Source of the DNA: a virus
DNA length: 64,000 bases
Direction: 5' to 3' (one strand)
Virus record (IMG/VR): IMGVR_UViG_3300017917_002068
Coordinates: 1-64,000 of that record
Shown here: piece after piece, positions 25,578 to 35,542 of the stretch
How the letters are laid out: each line of letters opens with the position of its first letter
Numbering within the stretch: the first letter of the stretch is position 1
Notes under the pieces: model-generated
Told to the model about the DNA's origin: nothing
Databases searched by the model: none
Seen by the model: the letters and a program-made list of their open reading frames with translations, nothing else
Program-made: the position numbers and the translations under genes

Positions 25578-25869
25578 GAAAGTAAAAAGTCATCTAGAGC
25601 ATAGAGGCAAGGGCTATGGAATTAAAATTGCTGTGAAGACCACAGGGTGTTCTGGCCTTTCTTATGTTTTAGAATACGTAGATGATCCAATAAATGAATC
25701 TGTAAGTTTTGTTGATAAAGGAATACATATTTTTGTGGATCCACGAGCACTACCGTATGTGAATGGTATGACTATGGATTGGATGAAAAAAGGATTAAAC
25801 GAAGGATTTGATTTTATTAATCCTAACGAAAAGGATCGCTGCGGGTGTGGCGAATCTTTTAGAGTGTGA
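25549..25869 (+). CDS. iscA: A-type Fe-S carrier IscA
   Basis: TGCSGLSY and CGCGESF. Confidence 0.93.
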   Translation: MITLTELAAKKVKSHLEHRGKGYGIKIAVKTTGCSGLSYVLEYVDDPINESVSFVDKGIHIFVDPRALPYVNGMTMDWMKKGLNEGFDFINPNEKDRCGCGESFRV

Positions 25870-25870
25870 G

Positions 25871-25961
25871 ACACCTACCTTAGGACGTTATCGTTACTTT
25901 AGGTGTGCCCGGCTGCTGGGCAGAGCGTTATGGGAGTCGTGCCCCGGAATGGCGCTCTAAG
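25871..25961 (+). ncRNA. GC-rich three-hairpin structured element
   Basis: ACACCTA/TAGGTGT, GCCCGG/CTGGGC and GAGCGTTAT/ATGGCGCTC; possible CTTAG/CTAAG pseudoknot. Confidence 0.55.
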
Positions 25962-26620
25962 TGAGCATTTTCTTTAAGTCAATGCCAACTATAGCAATAT
26001 TTTTGCATCATCCGTTATGTGCTGTCGATTCTGTAAATGGTATTATCGAAGCATTATCACCGAATTACAAATTTAAAATATTCACTAAACACGATGTAGA
26101 AGATACATATTTTGACGATGTAGATATCGTGTGTTTTCCAGGAGGTCTAGGTGATAGTGACAGATTTGATGTTATTCTTGACAGGCATGTTGATACCATA
26201 CGTGCTTGGATTAAGGCAGGGGGACGGTATCTTGGTATTTGTCTTGGTGCTTATTGGGCTGATCAATATTACTTCGATATTCTCGAACCAGGTACCAGAG
26301 TCCAACAATATATCAAACGACCAGGTACTGATACACACAGGCCCCACGCCAAAGGGCAGCTGGTAAATTGGCAGGGGCAGCTAGAAAGGATGTACTTCTA
26401 TGACGGCGCTTGTATTATTGGCGATAATATGGATGTTGTGGCTACCTATAGCAACGGTGACCCTATGGCTGTTATACAAGGGAAAATTGGGCTGATCGGT
26501 TGTCATCCTGAAAGTCAAAAAGTTTGGTACGAATATCATTCTTGGATGCCCAGGCATTGGCATCACGGCAAACATCATAAACTGCTACTAGAATTCGTGA
26601 ATCAATTAATGACACGCTAA
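25961..26620 (+). CDS. Class I glutamine-amidotransferase-like (BPL_N-type) protein; start may be ATG 25982
   Basis: FPGG, YLGICLGAY nucleophile elbow and HPE. Confidence 0.8.
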   Translation: MSIFFKSMPTIAIFLHHPLCAVDSVNGIIEALSPNYKFKIFTKHDVEDTYFDDVDIVCFPGGLGDSDRFDVILDRHVDTIRAWIKAGGRYLGICLGAYWADQYYFDILEPGTRVQQYIKRPGTDTHRPHAKGQLVNWQGQLERMYFYDGACIIGDNMDVVATYSNGDPMAVIQGKIGLIGCHPESQKVWYEYHSWMPRHWHHGKHHKLLLEFVNQLMTR

Positions 26621-26904
26621 TATTTGCCTACAGGTAGTGTAGAACTAGCTGGCATGTCCCATATCGTTTTCTTATCAATTCCTCTCTTTTGAGCGAATCT
26701 TTTTGAATCACATTCTGAGCAACAATGGAAATAATTGTTGCTGAGCCTTCGATGATCCATGTGTTTTAGATCTCTTTCAAAAATACTTCCGCAGTTGTCG
26801 CAGCGAAACGTAGCCACGGTCTTTTCCCGCCGATAGCGATGCTCCTTACCTAATTTACTGGTACGAATGTATTCTTGTATTTTTGTTTCACGTTTAAGGA
26901 ACAT
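26617..26904 (-). CDS. Zinc-finger hypothetical protein
   Basis: CDNC...CCSEC. Confidence 0.75.
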   Translation of the reverse strand: MFLKRETKIQEYIRTSKLGKEHRYRREKTVATFRCDNCGSIFERDLKHMDHRRLSNNYFHCCSECDSKRFAQKRGIDKKTIWDMPASSTLPVGKY

Positions 26905-26976
26905 AACATTATTTACATTCGGCTTGTAGAATTTTGGGCTAAATATTTGATAATAAGTTTTTATCGGAGCTTCTAA

Positions 26977-29900
26977 ATGCCAAGAAAAGAGATTAATATC
27001 GGTATCGAAGGAAACGACGGTACCGGTGACAGTATTCGCGATTCGTTTTCAAAAGTCAATGACAATTTTAGAGAACTTTACAGTTCGTTGGGTCTAGGCG
27101 AAGCCTTATCCTTTGTAGGTTTATCTGACACTCCAAACGTAATTAACGAATCCGATGATAACAAAGTTTTAGCCGTAGATGGTATTAACGAAACCATAGT
27201 TTTTAAAGAAATCATCGGTAGTAGTACTATTGTTATCGATCATGTTACTATCGACGGAAATCCAAAGATTAGAATTAACTCTTTAGCATCGGCTCTAGTA
27301 AATGACGCTACTCCGACGCTGTCTAGGTACTTAGACGCCGCTGGCAAAAAAATACAAAACTTAGAAGATCCGGAACTTGCGCAAGATGCTGTAACAAAAA
27401 TATATGCCGATACAAAGTTAAGTATTTTCGGTGTCGATGCTATAGATCCGGAAAATAATCAACAAAATACTGCATGGGGTACCATGCAGGGTCCGCTAAT
27501 CCTTTCAAGAGATCCCGTTGATAATGACGATATTCTATATCAAGGTAAAATTGCCGCTACTAAATCTTATGTTGATAGCAAGAGCTATTCTGCTGCGTTC
27601 TCATTATACGTAGCTACCAACGGTGATGATGAAAGACTTAACATTCCAGCTACCCAAAGAGGAAGATCTCCAGCTGCTGCTTACAAAACTATTCAAAAAG
27701 CTTTAGAGGTTGCTGAAGAATTAATCAATGCTGCTCCTCTAGAGTTAGGTCCATATCAAAAAACATTAACTTTCAATAACGGCACACAAGATTGTACATT
27801 AACTAATATTGTAGAATCTCCGCTTTCTGGTCGAGGAGCCAAAGCCGTAGCAAGGTTAGGTCTAGAATCTTTAGAGATTGTCAATACAGGTACTGGATAT
27901 ATTCAAGGACAAGAATTAACACTGGTGGGTGGTACATTTACAACTCCTGCTAGGATCGAAGTTACGACCACTAACTTTGCGGGTTCAATATTACAATTTA
28001 ATATTATCGATCCAGGAAGTTATAGCGTGTTGCCAGATCCGATCACAAATATCGGACTCAGCGGTGGTGCGAATAGTGGGGCTAGTATATCCGGATTATT
28101 TAAAGTTGTATCAGTCACAGTTACAGACGAAGGCGGTGCTAAATCAGTAAGCATCTCTGGAGCAACAAAAACTAATCCGGTTGTTATCACAACATCCGCA
28201 GATCACAATTACGATTCAGGAGATTATATAGAAATTTCCGATGTTGCTGGAATGACACAGCTTAATGGCAATGAATACTATATCAGAGTATTAACTAACA
28301 ACACCTTCGAAATATTCTTTAACGCAGACCTTACTAATTCTGTAAATGGTACTGCATACGGCACTTATACCAGCGGTGGTACTGTGGTAGAAGGTAGAGA
28401 CTTTGGATCTGCTTCAGTTATCTTCATAGGAGGCGGCGGCTCGGGAGCTGAAGCTAGAACCACAGAAGTCGGTGGAAAGATTAGAGAAATCACTGTAGTC
28501 AATGGCGGATCTGGTTATACTGCATTCCCAACTCTAGAAATTTACCTACCGAGGTTGTTAATCAATACCGATAACAAAGGTACAGATTTCTTCGATGATC
28601 TTAGAGAAGGTATGTTAATCAAGGGTCTAGATTCGGGGGCTATCTGTAGAATTGTCAGTCACGACGGAACACGAATCGGTGACGATGAAGTTTTTGATGT
28701 AGAGCTCTTAACTGGTGTATTTGACTTTGGCGAAACTCTGCAATACGGTGAGCCAGCCATCGAAAGACAAATTACTGTATTTGTTGAATCAGGATTCTAT
28801 TATGAAAACTATCCTTTACGTCTAGCGAGAAATATTTCTCTTAGAGGTCAAGATTTTAGAAGAACTATTGTAAGACCTAAACCCGGTGTTAGTGAATCTC
28901 CTTGGGCGAGATTGTTTTTCAGAAGAGATCCGGTTATTGACGGTATTAGAGTTTCTACTGTCGAATATGGTTATCACTACTTAACTGATCCTCTCGATTT
29001 TTCAAGCACTCCAAAAAACAACGACGAGATGGACGTATTCTTATGTAACGATGCTACTCGAGTATATGATATGTCCTGCCAGGGCCATGGCGGATTTAAT
29101 ATGGTTCTTGATCCTGAAGGTCAGATTCTTTCTAAATCGCCTTACTATCAAGTCGGATCAAGTTTTTCTAAGAGTATAAATCAAAAGACTTTCGCTGGGG
29201 GACAATTCATCGATGGTTTCTCTGGAAATCTACAAGGAGTACTACTCAGCGGTGTTAATGAAAGTGACGAACAGGTTATTATCGGCGGTCTTTTAAGAGA
29301 ACCACAGTTACCAACTTCGTTTATCATCGATGGCGAAATCTTTAGAATCAGCTTGGTTAATAAACTAGAAACTGAATATTTCAGTGCCAAGTTATTATTA
29401 GAAGCCAATCGAAGATTCCTGCAAGAAGAAGTAGTAGCTTATGTAAATGCAGAATTTCCAGACCTAGATTACGATCAAGCAAAGTGTTTTAGAGATGTAG
29501 GCTTAATCGTTGATTCTGTCGTTGAAGACGTTCTGTATGGCGGATACGCCAACAGTGCCCAGGCAGGAAGATTATATTTTGCCAATGGTGCTACGGTTAT
29601 TGGTGGTCAAGTTACTCAGACCATTGAGGCTATTGACGAAGCAAAAAGGCTCGCGGTGGCTGTTCTAGTTCAAAACGTACAAACTCCAAGAAATACAAAT
29701 GGTGTTAGTCAAGTTACCATTAACAGTATCACCGACGGAGGTGCTGCTGAATCTGTCGTCGAAACTTGTTTCGACATCATTGCCAACATCGTAGAAAAAG
29801 GCGAAGATATCTATGCTGCCAAAGATCTATTACAACAGAATAAAGAATACATCCAAGAAGAAGTAATACAGTATATCAACGAAACTTATGTATTTGATTA

Positions 29901-32900
29901 CGACGAAACGAAATGTCGAAGAGATCTAGCATACATTTTTGATGCTATCAGATATGATCTCATGTTTAATTCAAACTTCTTGTCTATACAATCAGCATTA
30001 GCTTATTATAGAAAATCCGGATTAGTAGCGATAACTGGAATTGAAAAGACTGCTATTATAGCAGCCATGGGAGAATTAAAAACTCTAGTTCAGGCAGAAC
30101 TGGTTTCTAATGCTACAGCTAGGACCAGAGCAGGAGCATTAATAGATATTATTGTTAATATTATTACTAACGGTACTGGTGTTACTCCGGCATATTCGTT
30201 ATCTAGTCCTACAAATTACAATACTTCATATCTAGCCGGATACGGTGATGCTAAAGCACAATTAATTGCCAATAAAGAATTTATCAAGGCGGAAATCACT
30301 GCTTGGATCGCAGTGCAGGTAGCAGGAACAATATCTCCATTTACCGCCGACTTCTACTACGATGAAGAAATTTGTGCCAGAGACGTGGGTTATATTGTTG
30401 ATGCTTTAACCTACGATTTGACCTATGGCGGAAATCTTGCCACACAAATCGCTAGTCGGGCATATTTTGCAGGTACAGCATATCAGGGCGGCCCCAATGA
30501 AAAATTACAGACATTGGCTGCATATCTCAGATTAAAAACAATCGTAGGTCAAATCATATTAGAAACATCTGTTACTAAATCTGCAGGTAATGCTCTAACA
30601 CAGAATACAGCTGGTACAGCAGGATCTGCAGGATCTGCAACATTCGCCGAAGCAAGAATACAGGAAATCTACGATACTATTTTAGTAAATGGTAACGAAA
30701 CCGCAGTATTAGGTGCTCCTACTGGTGTCGGTACAGAAGTTTGGGCAGCTACATATCCGGCAGAAATTTTACCAGATACAACTTGGGTTGCTTCTTTAGG
30801 CACAGGTTTAGTAACTGCCGCTGGTCTTTTGACCACAGCCGAGTCTGATATCATCAATGATGTTATAGATTTTATCGATACTAATTATCTCGATACCACA
30901 TTAGTCTATGACTCTGCTACTTGCAAGAGAGACGTCGGTTATATCATCGATGCACTATCGATCGATATATTCGGTGACTTTAACAATTCAGTAAGGGCAG
31001 GTTATTCTTATTATAAGAAAGGTGGAAGATATATTCCGGCTGATCAATTAGCTGAAACTATTGACGCTATTAACTATGCTAAAACTTTGGCTCTTAATAT
31101 CGTTAAGAGCGAACCATTTGCTAACATAAGAACTACAAAAACATTTTCACCGTCTATAGCTATTGACCAAGCATCTAATATATTCACAATTCCTAATCAC
31201 GGTTTCACATCAGGAAGTAGAGTTGTATATTCCAACGGAGGAGATATTGACATTCCGACACAAGGTAATGTTCTACAAGATGGTGGAATTTATTATACCT
31301 TGGTCATCGACGGACAACAATTTAGACTTTTTGATAACTTAGATCTTTTAATATCAGCAGAGCGAACAGAGACCACTGGATTAGAAATTGACATTGTTAG
31401 TACTCCAGGCGCTCTCAGATATATTGGAAATAATCATAGCTTTAGTTTCCATCAGATCACTGATCCTAGCTTAACTACTCCGGAGCTAACTGATGCTGGT
31501 GTTATTTCAAACATTAACACAGGTATTGGTTACATTAATACTATATTATCGGGAGGTGATAGTAGTGCTGTTCCTAGTGTGTATCCTCAGTATGAATGTA
31601 TTTTAGATACCCCATACACCTATACATATCCAAGCAAGGTGGTACTGGGTACTGCTGGTAACAAATCAATGTTAGCTAACGATTACACACAGATCAACGA
31701 CATGGGATATGGTATATTCGCTACTAACAACGGTTTGTCAGAACAGGTATCAACTTTTACCTACTATTGCTATACAGCGTTCTACGCCCTAAACGGTGCT
31801 CAGATTAGATCGTTGAACGGTTCATCAGCACACGGAGTATATGGTCTAAGATCTGAGGGTGCGGATCCTGTAGAAATTCCAGATAGGGTCACATTAAAGT
31901 TTCCTGTAGTTCAAACAGCCAAGGTCTATGAAAATATCGGACTAGATGTTAGAAATCTAGAAGAAGCTTTAGAAATATATGTATATGATTGGCAATACCT
32001 ACCACTTAACGGATCATTAATCGACGTTAATCACACAGGCGATCCGGGAGCTCCATCTAGATTAGGAGTGGAAACATATCAGGTTACTTCTGTTTCTACT
32101 GATAATCTTCCTTCAGGTGTAGCACAGTTAGGACTAGCTGCAACAGGAACACCGGTAGGTTTGAAACTAGATGTTCCTGCTAACAAACAGGTAATCATTA
32201 GATGTAACGACGAAGTAGTTCTTTCTAATAAAGAAAATATTGTTGCTACCAGACCTTCAACAGCTTTGATATGGGATGAAAACAGAAATAACGTTACTCG
32301 TGTTTTAAGTTTCGCTACTTTCTTAGGTCAAGATAATCTAGAAGCAGACGTTGTTACTACTAGCCGAGATGGATTTGATTATGTCTCTATGGTGATTCCT
32401 AGAGCAAACAATCTTTCGATCCAGCCGCCAGGACACGGTGGAGTAGGCGATACTAGAATTGCTATCGATTCTCTAAACTTCGAAGATGCTAATAGATTGC
32501 TATTTCCTACAACAGGACAGATGATCTATGACGGTTCTACTATTGGAACCGGTGGCATGATATTCGGTTGGGGCGATAGCATCTATGAAATAACAAATTA
32601 CGAAGTCATCAATCCTGGAGATCCGGATAACGAGTATGGCCGAGTTACATTTAGAAATGTAACATTGACTCTAGCAGAAAATCCAAGTCAAGGTTTAACA
32701 ACCGCAATTACAGGGATTCCTGGTAACCTTGAACTTTATGCAGGTCTTAGAGCCGGAGCTACTGGTGATGTAACAGTTAATATTTCTACTATGAGAGCTA
32801 CTGGTCACGATTTCTTAGATATCGGAACAGGTTCTTATGCTGACACAAATTACCCAAGTAACATTTATGGTCCGCCAAGGAATTCAGTTAATCAAGAAAA

Positions 32901-34806
32901 CGAAGCTGTGGAAGTTGGTAAAGGACGTGTTTTCTACGTATCTACCGACCAATCAGGAAACTTTAGAGTAGGTCAGTTGTTTGGTATTGATCAAGGTACT
33001 GGAGTTGTTGATCTTGGTGCTAGAATTTCTCTAACTAACGTTCAAGCTCTGCGACTTAAAGCTGGTGCTCAGGTAGTTGAATTCTCAACAGATATTACAT
33101 TAGGTGGTACAGGACCAGCTGCTAACGATCAAGTACCAACAGAGAATGCTGTTAGAACATATATCGATAAACGTCTTGGTCTAAGGCACACAGGAGGTGT
33201 ATTAGGAACTGGCTTGATTGGTCCTGGATTCTTACCTCTAGACGGTAGTGTAGGCATGAAAGCGCCGATCGACATGGACAACTTCACTATTAAAAATTTA
33301 CCGTTGCCGGTTAATAATCGTGATGCTGCTCCGAAAGATTTCGTAAGGTTAGCTAATCTAAGAGACGCACCTAGCGATTGGTTAGATCCTACTCCTGCGT
33401 ACAACACCGTTGATGCTCAAATCTTAGCATTTACTGGAAGCGGAGCAGGATTTATCAACGTGACTGTAGCAGGAGACATCACTGTTTCTAGATCGAGTAG
33501 AACACTAACGGCTACCTTAAGTAACAGTGTTGTTAGCAATGCAAATGTAAATGCAGCAGCGGCTATCGCGCAATCTAAATTAGCTCTTAATTTAGCTGAA
33601 TCTAGGTCAGCTGCTCCGACCGGAACTGCTGCTCAGAAACAAGCATTAAGTGGGTTATCTAGTTTCGATGAAACACAATTTACAGTCACCGACGGATACG
33701 TGACCGTAAAAACATCAACCGGAATAACAGACGGTATTCCAATCACCAAAATTACACACATCGATCCTACAGTGATCAACGTTACTGATAACAGCAGTTT
33801 AGCTACTACCGGTAAGGTGTTAGGTCGAAGAAGAGGCAGCTCTACCGGAGCCATTGTTCCAATTGATTTTAGAACTGTCATTGAAGACGGTGACGGTCTT
33901 GCTAGAAATGAAGTGCCTAGTCTGGGTGTCGTTGCTCGACTTGATACAGGCGTCGGGTCTGGAAAATTTGGAACCATTAGCTACGGTAATGGAAATAATA
34001 ACGGACATATCGTACAGCGAGACACTACAGATGGTGGATTTTCTGCAGGTACTATAAATGCTATAGCGGTAGGCGTTACAGGAAATATTACAGCAGCGGC
34101 CTTAAGGATTACTAGAGGAACAACTACACAAACTGTAATTGAAAGAATAGCAGATGGCGCACTAACTGGAGATCACTATACACAAATCAATGACGGCAAC
34201 GGAGCTATAGGAATTAGAATCAACACATCAGTTGGTGGATCTGGCGACACTGCTAAACAATATACAGATTATTATGCTCGCATACATAACTTCAGAGATA
34301 AAGCAGGTGGAGCTGGAACTGTTAATGTTGGATCAGGTGGTAAATTAACTACCGGATCTACGGCCAACGGTGGCACTATTGAAGGTCAATGGAGTCTAGG
34401 TTCTGGATCTCGAATGCAGGCTACTTGGGCTGACTTAGCTGAATATTATACTGCGGATCACGACTATCAGCCTGGTACAGTTCTAGTTTTTGGCGGAGAT
34501 GCCGAGGTTACTACGACTAACAAAAAAGCAGATACAAGAGTAGCTGGGGTAGTTTCGGAAAATCCTGCATATCTAATGAATGCAGAGTGTCCGGGGACTA
34601 GGGTAGCCGTAGCTCTACAAGGTCGTGTTCCATGTCAGGTTATGGGCAAAGTCAAAAAAGGTGACCTAATGATCAGTGGAAATATGCATGGTGTAGCTGT
34701 TTCTGCGGGCTCAAAAGCACAAGCAGGAACGATTATAGGTAAAGCATTAGAAGATTACGATTCCGATGAAGTGGGTGTAATCGAAGTTGCTGTAGGAAGA
34801 TTATAA
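26977..34806 (+). CDS. Very large virion structural protein (baseplate/fibre) with a C-terminal intramolecular-chaperone-like domain
   Basis: N-terminus INIG..NDGTGDS.R..F.KVN.NF.ELY as in T4 gp9/gp10; four CxRD helical repeats; C-terminal ADLAEYY...VALQGRVP (peptidase G2-like). Confidence 0.85.
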   Translation: MPRKEINIGIEGNDGTGDSIRDSFSKVNDNFRELYSSLGLGEALSFVGLSDTPNVINESDDNKVLAVDGINETIVFKEIIGSSTIVIDHVTIDGNPKIRINSLASALVNDATPTLSRYLDAAGKKIQNLEDPELAQDAVTKIYADTKLSIFGVDAIDPENNQQNTAWGTMQGPLILSRDPVDNDDILYQGKIAATKSYVDSKSYSAAFSLYVATNGDDERLNIPATQRGRSPAAAYKTIQKALEVAEELINAAPLELGPYQKTLTFNNGTQDCTLTNIVESPLSGRGAKAVARLGLESLEIVNTGTGYIQGQELTLVGGTFTTPARIEVTTTNFAGSILQFNIIDPGSYSVLPDPITNIGLSGGANSGASISGLFKVVSVTVTDEGGAKSVSISGATKTNPVVITTSADHNYDSGDYIEISDVAGMTQLNGNEYYIRVLTNNTFEIFFNADLTNSVNGTAYGTYTSGGTVVEGRDFGSASVIFIGGGGSGAEARTTEVGGKIREITVVNGGSGYTAFPTLEIYLPRLLINTDNKGTDFFDDLREGMLIKGLDSGAICRIVSHDGTRIGDDEVFDVELLTGVFDFGETLQYGEPAIERQITVFVESGFYYENYPLRLARNISLRGQDFRRTIVRPKPGVSESPWARLFFRRDPVIDGIRVSTVEYGYHYLTDPLDFSSTPKNNDEMDVFLCNDATRVYDMSCQGHGGFNMVLDPEGQILSKSPYYQVGSSFSKSINQKTFAGGQFIDGFSGNLQGVLLSGVNESDEQVIIGGLLREPQLPTSFIIDGEIFRISLVNKLETEYFSAKLLLEANRRFLQEEVVAYVNAEFPDLDYDQAKCFRDVGLIVDSVVEDVLYGGYANSAQAGRLYFANGATVIGGQVTQTIEAIDEAKRLAVAVLVQNVQTPRNTNGVSQVTINSITDGGAAESVVETCFDIIANIVEKGEDIYAAKDLLQQNKEYIQEEVIQYINETYVFDYDETKCRRDLAYIFDAIRYDLMFNSNFLSIQSALAYYRKSGLVAITGIEKTAIIAAMGELKTLVQAELVSNATARTRAGALIDIIVNIITNGTGVTPAYSLSSPTNYNTSYLAGYGDAKAQLIANKEFIKAEITAWIAVQVAGTISPFTADFYYDEEICARDVGYIVDALTYDLTYGGNLATQIASRAYFAGTAYQGGPNEKLQTLAAYLRLKTIVGQIILETSVTKSAGNALTQNTAGTAGSAGSATFAEARIQEIYDTILVNGNETAVLGAPTGVGTEVWAATYPAEILPDTTWVASLGTGLVTAAGLLTTAESDIINDVIDFIDTNYLDTTLVYDSATCKRDVGYIIDALSIDIFGDFNNSVRAGYSYYKKGGRYIPADQLAETIDAINYAKTLALNIVKSEPFANIRTTKTFSPSIAIDQASNIFTIPNHGFTSGSRVVYSNGGDIDIPTQGNVLQDGGIYYTLVIDGQQFRLFDNLDLLISAERTETTGLEIDIVSTPGALRYIGNNHSFSFHQITDPSLTTPELTDAGVISNINTGIGYINTILSGGDSSAVPSVYPQYECILDTPYTYTYPSKVVLGTAGNKSMLANDYTQINDMGYGIFATNNGLSEQVSTFTYYCYTAFYALNGAQIRSLNGSSAHGVYGLRSEGADPVEIPDRVTLKFPVVQTAKVYENIGLDVRNLEEALEIYVYDWQYLPLNGSLIDVNHTGDPGAPSRLGVETYQVTSVSTDNLPSGVAQLGLAATGTPVGLKLDVPANKQVIIRCNDEVVLSNKENIVATRPSTALIWDENRNNVTRVLSFATFLGQDNLEADVVTTSRDGFDYVSMVIPRANNLSIQPPGHGGVGDTRIAIDSLNFEDANRLLFPTTGQMIYDGSTIGTGGMIFGWGDSIYEITNYEVINPGDPDNEYGRVTFRNVTLTLAENPSQGLTTAITGIPGNLELYAGLRAGATGDVTVNISTMRATGHDFLDIGTGSYADTNYPSNIYGPPRNSVNQENEAVEVGKGRVFYVSTDQSGNFRVGQLFGIDQGTGVVDLGARISLTNVQALRLKAGAQVVEFSTDITLGGTGPAANDQVPTENAVRTYIDKRLGLRHTGGVLGTGLIGPGFLPLDGSVGMKAPIDMDNFTIKNLPLPVNNRDAAPKDFVRLANLRDAPSDWLDPTPAYNTVDAQILAFTGSGAGFINVTVAGDITVSRSSRTLTATLSNSVVSNANVNAAAAIAQSKLALNLAESRSAAPTGTAAQKQALSGLSSFDETQFTVTDGYVTVKTSTGITDGIPITKITHIDPTVINVTDNSSLATTGKVLGRRRGSSTGAIVPIDFRTVIEDGDGLARNEVPSLGVVARLDTGVGSGKFGTISYGNGNNNGHIVQRDTTDGGFSAGTINAIAVGVTGNITAAALRITRGTTTQTVIERIADGALTGDHYTQINDGNGAIGIRINTSVGGSGDTAKQYTDYYARIHNFRDKAGGAGTVNVGSGGKLTTGSTANGGTIEGQWSLGSGSRMQATWADLAEYYTADHDYQPGTVLVFGGDAEVTTTNKKADTRVAGVVSENPAYLMNAECPGTRVAVALQGRVPCQVMGKVKKGDLMISGNMHGVAVSAGSKAQAGTIIGKALEDYDSDEVGVIEVAVGRL

Positions 34807-34843
34807 TCCAAAAGTTGGTAAATATAGGATATAGAGTAAAAAT

Positions 34844-35530
34844 ATGGCGATACAAACTATCAATTTAGGAAATGTTGTAAATGACGGTTTAGGCGACGAT
34901 CTACGCACGGCATTCCAAAAAGTTAATAATAACTTTGCTTCTTTAGAAGCAGAATTGTCTGCGACTGGAGAAAATATTGGTAGTTCGGGCATAGGTATTT
35001 TTAAACAAAAATTAGAAGAAAAATTACAGTTTAAAAAACTTGCAGCCGGTGACTCTACTGTGATCATAACCGATGATACAGTAACTAACACTGTAAAAAT
35101 TATCGCACCGTTACAAAATACATTCACTACTATTGTAGCAGGCGGCGAGAATGTATCTGCTTCAACACCTACTAGTTCTGTGTCTTTTGTAGCAGGAGAT
35201 AATATTTCTATTACCAAAGCTGGACAAAATATCACAATCTCAGCTTCAAGATTATCATCATTAGATGGTGATCTTAATTTAAACAATTTTGATATAGTAG
35301 GTCTCGGTGATATTAATATCAATGGCACTGTTACTGCTAATAATTTTCTAGGCACAGTCTATGGCGAAGATATAAGACCTATCAGCGATGCTGTCTTTGA
35401 TTTTGATTTCGGGCAGATTGTTAGAGGTAGTTACAACAATGTTACAGAATTTTTATTAAGCAACGGTGATTACGACTTTGGAACTATTACATCACCATCG
35501 GATCTAGAATTAGAACTAGGAACCATATAA
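34844..35530 (+). CDS. Baseplate protein with a gp9/gp10-like N-terminus
   Basis: INLG..NDGLGDDLRTAFQKVNNNF. Confidence 0.8.
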   Translation: MAIQTINLGNVVNDGLGDDLRTAFQKVNNNFASLEAELSATGENIGSSGIGIFKQKLEEKLQFKKLAAGDSTVIITDDTVTNTVKIIAPLQNTFTTIVAGGENVSASTPTSSVSFVAGDNISITKAGQNITISASRLSSLDGDLNLNNFDIVGLGDININGTVTANNFLGTVYGEDIRPISDAVFDFDFGQIVRGSYNNVTEFLLSNGDYDFGTITSPSDLELELGTI

Positions 35531-35542
35531 CGGAGAACTCGA

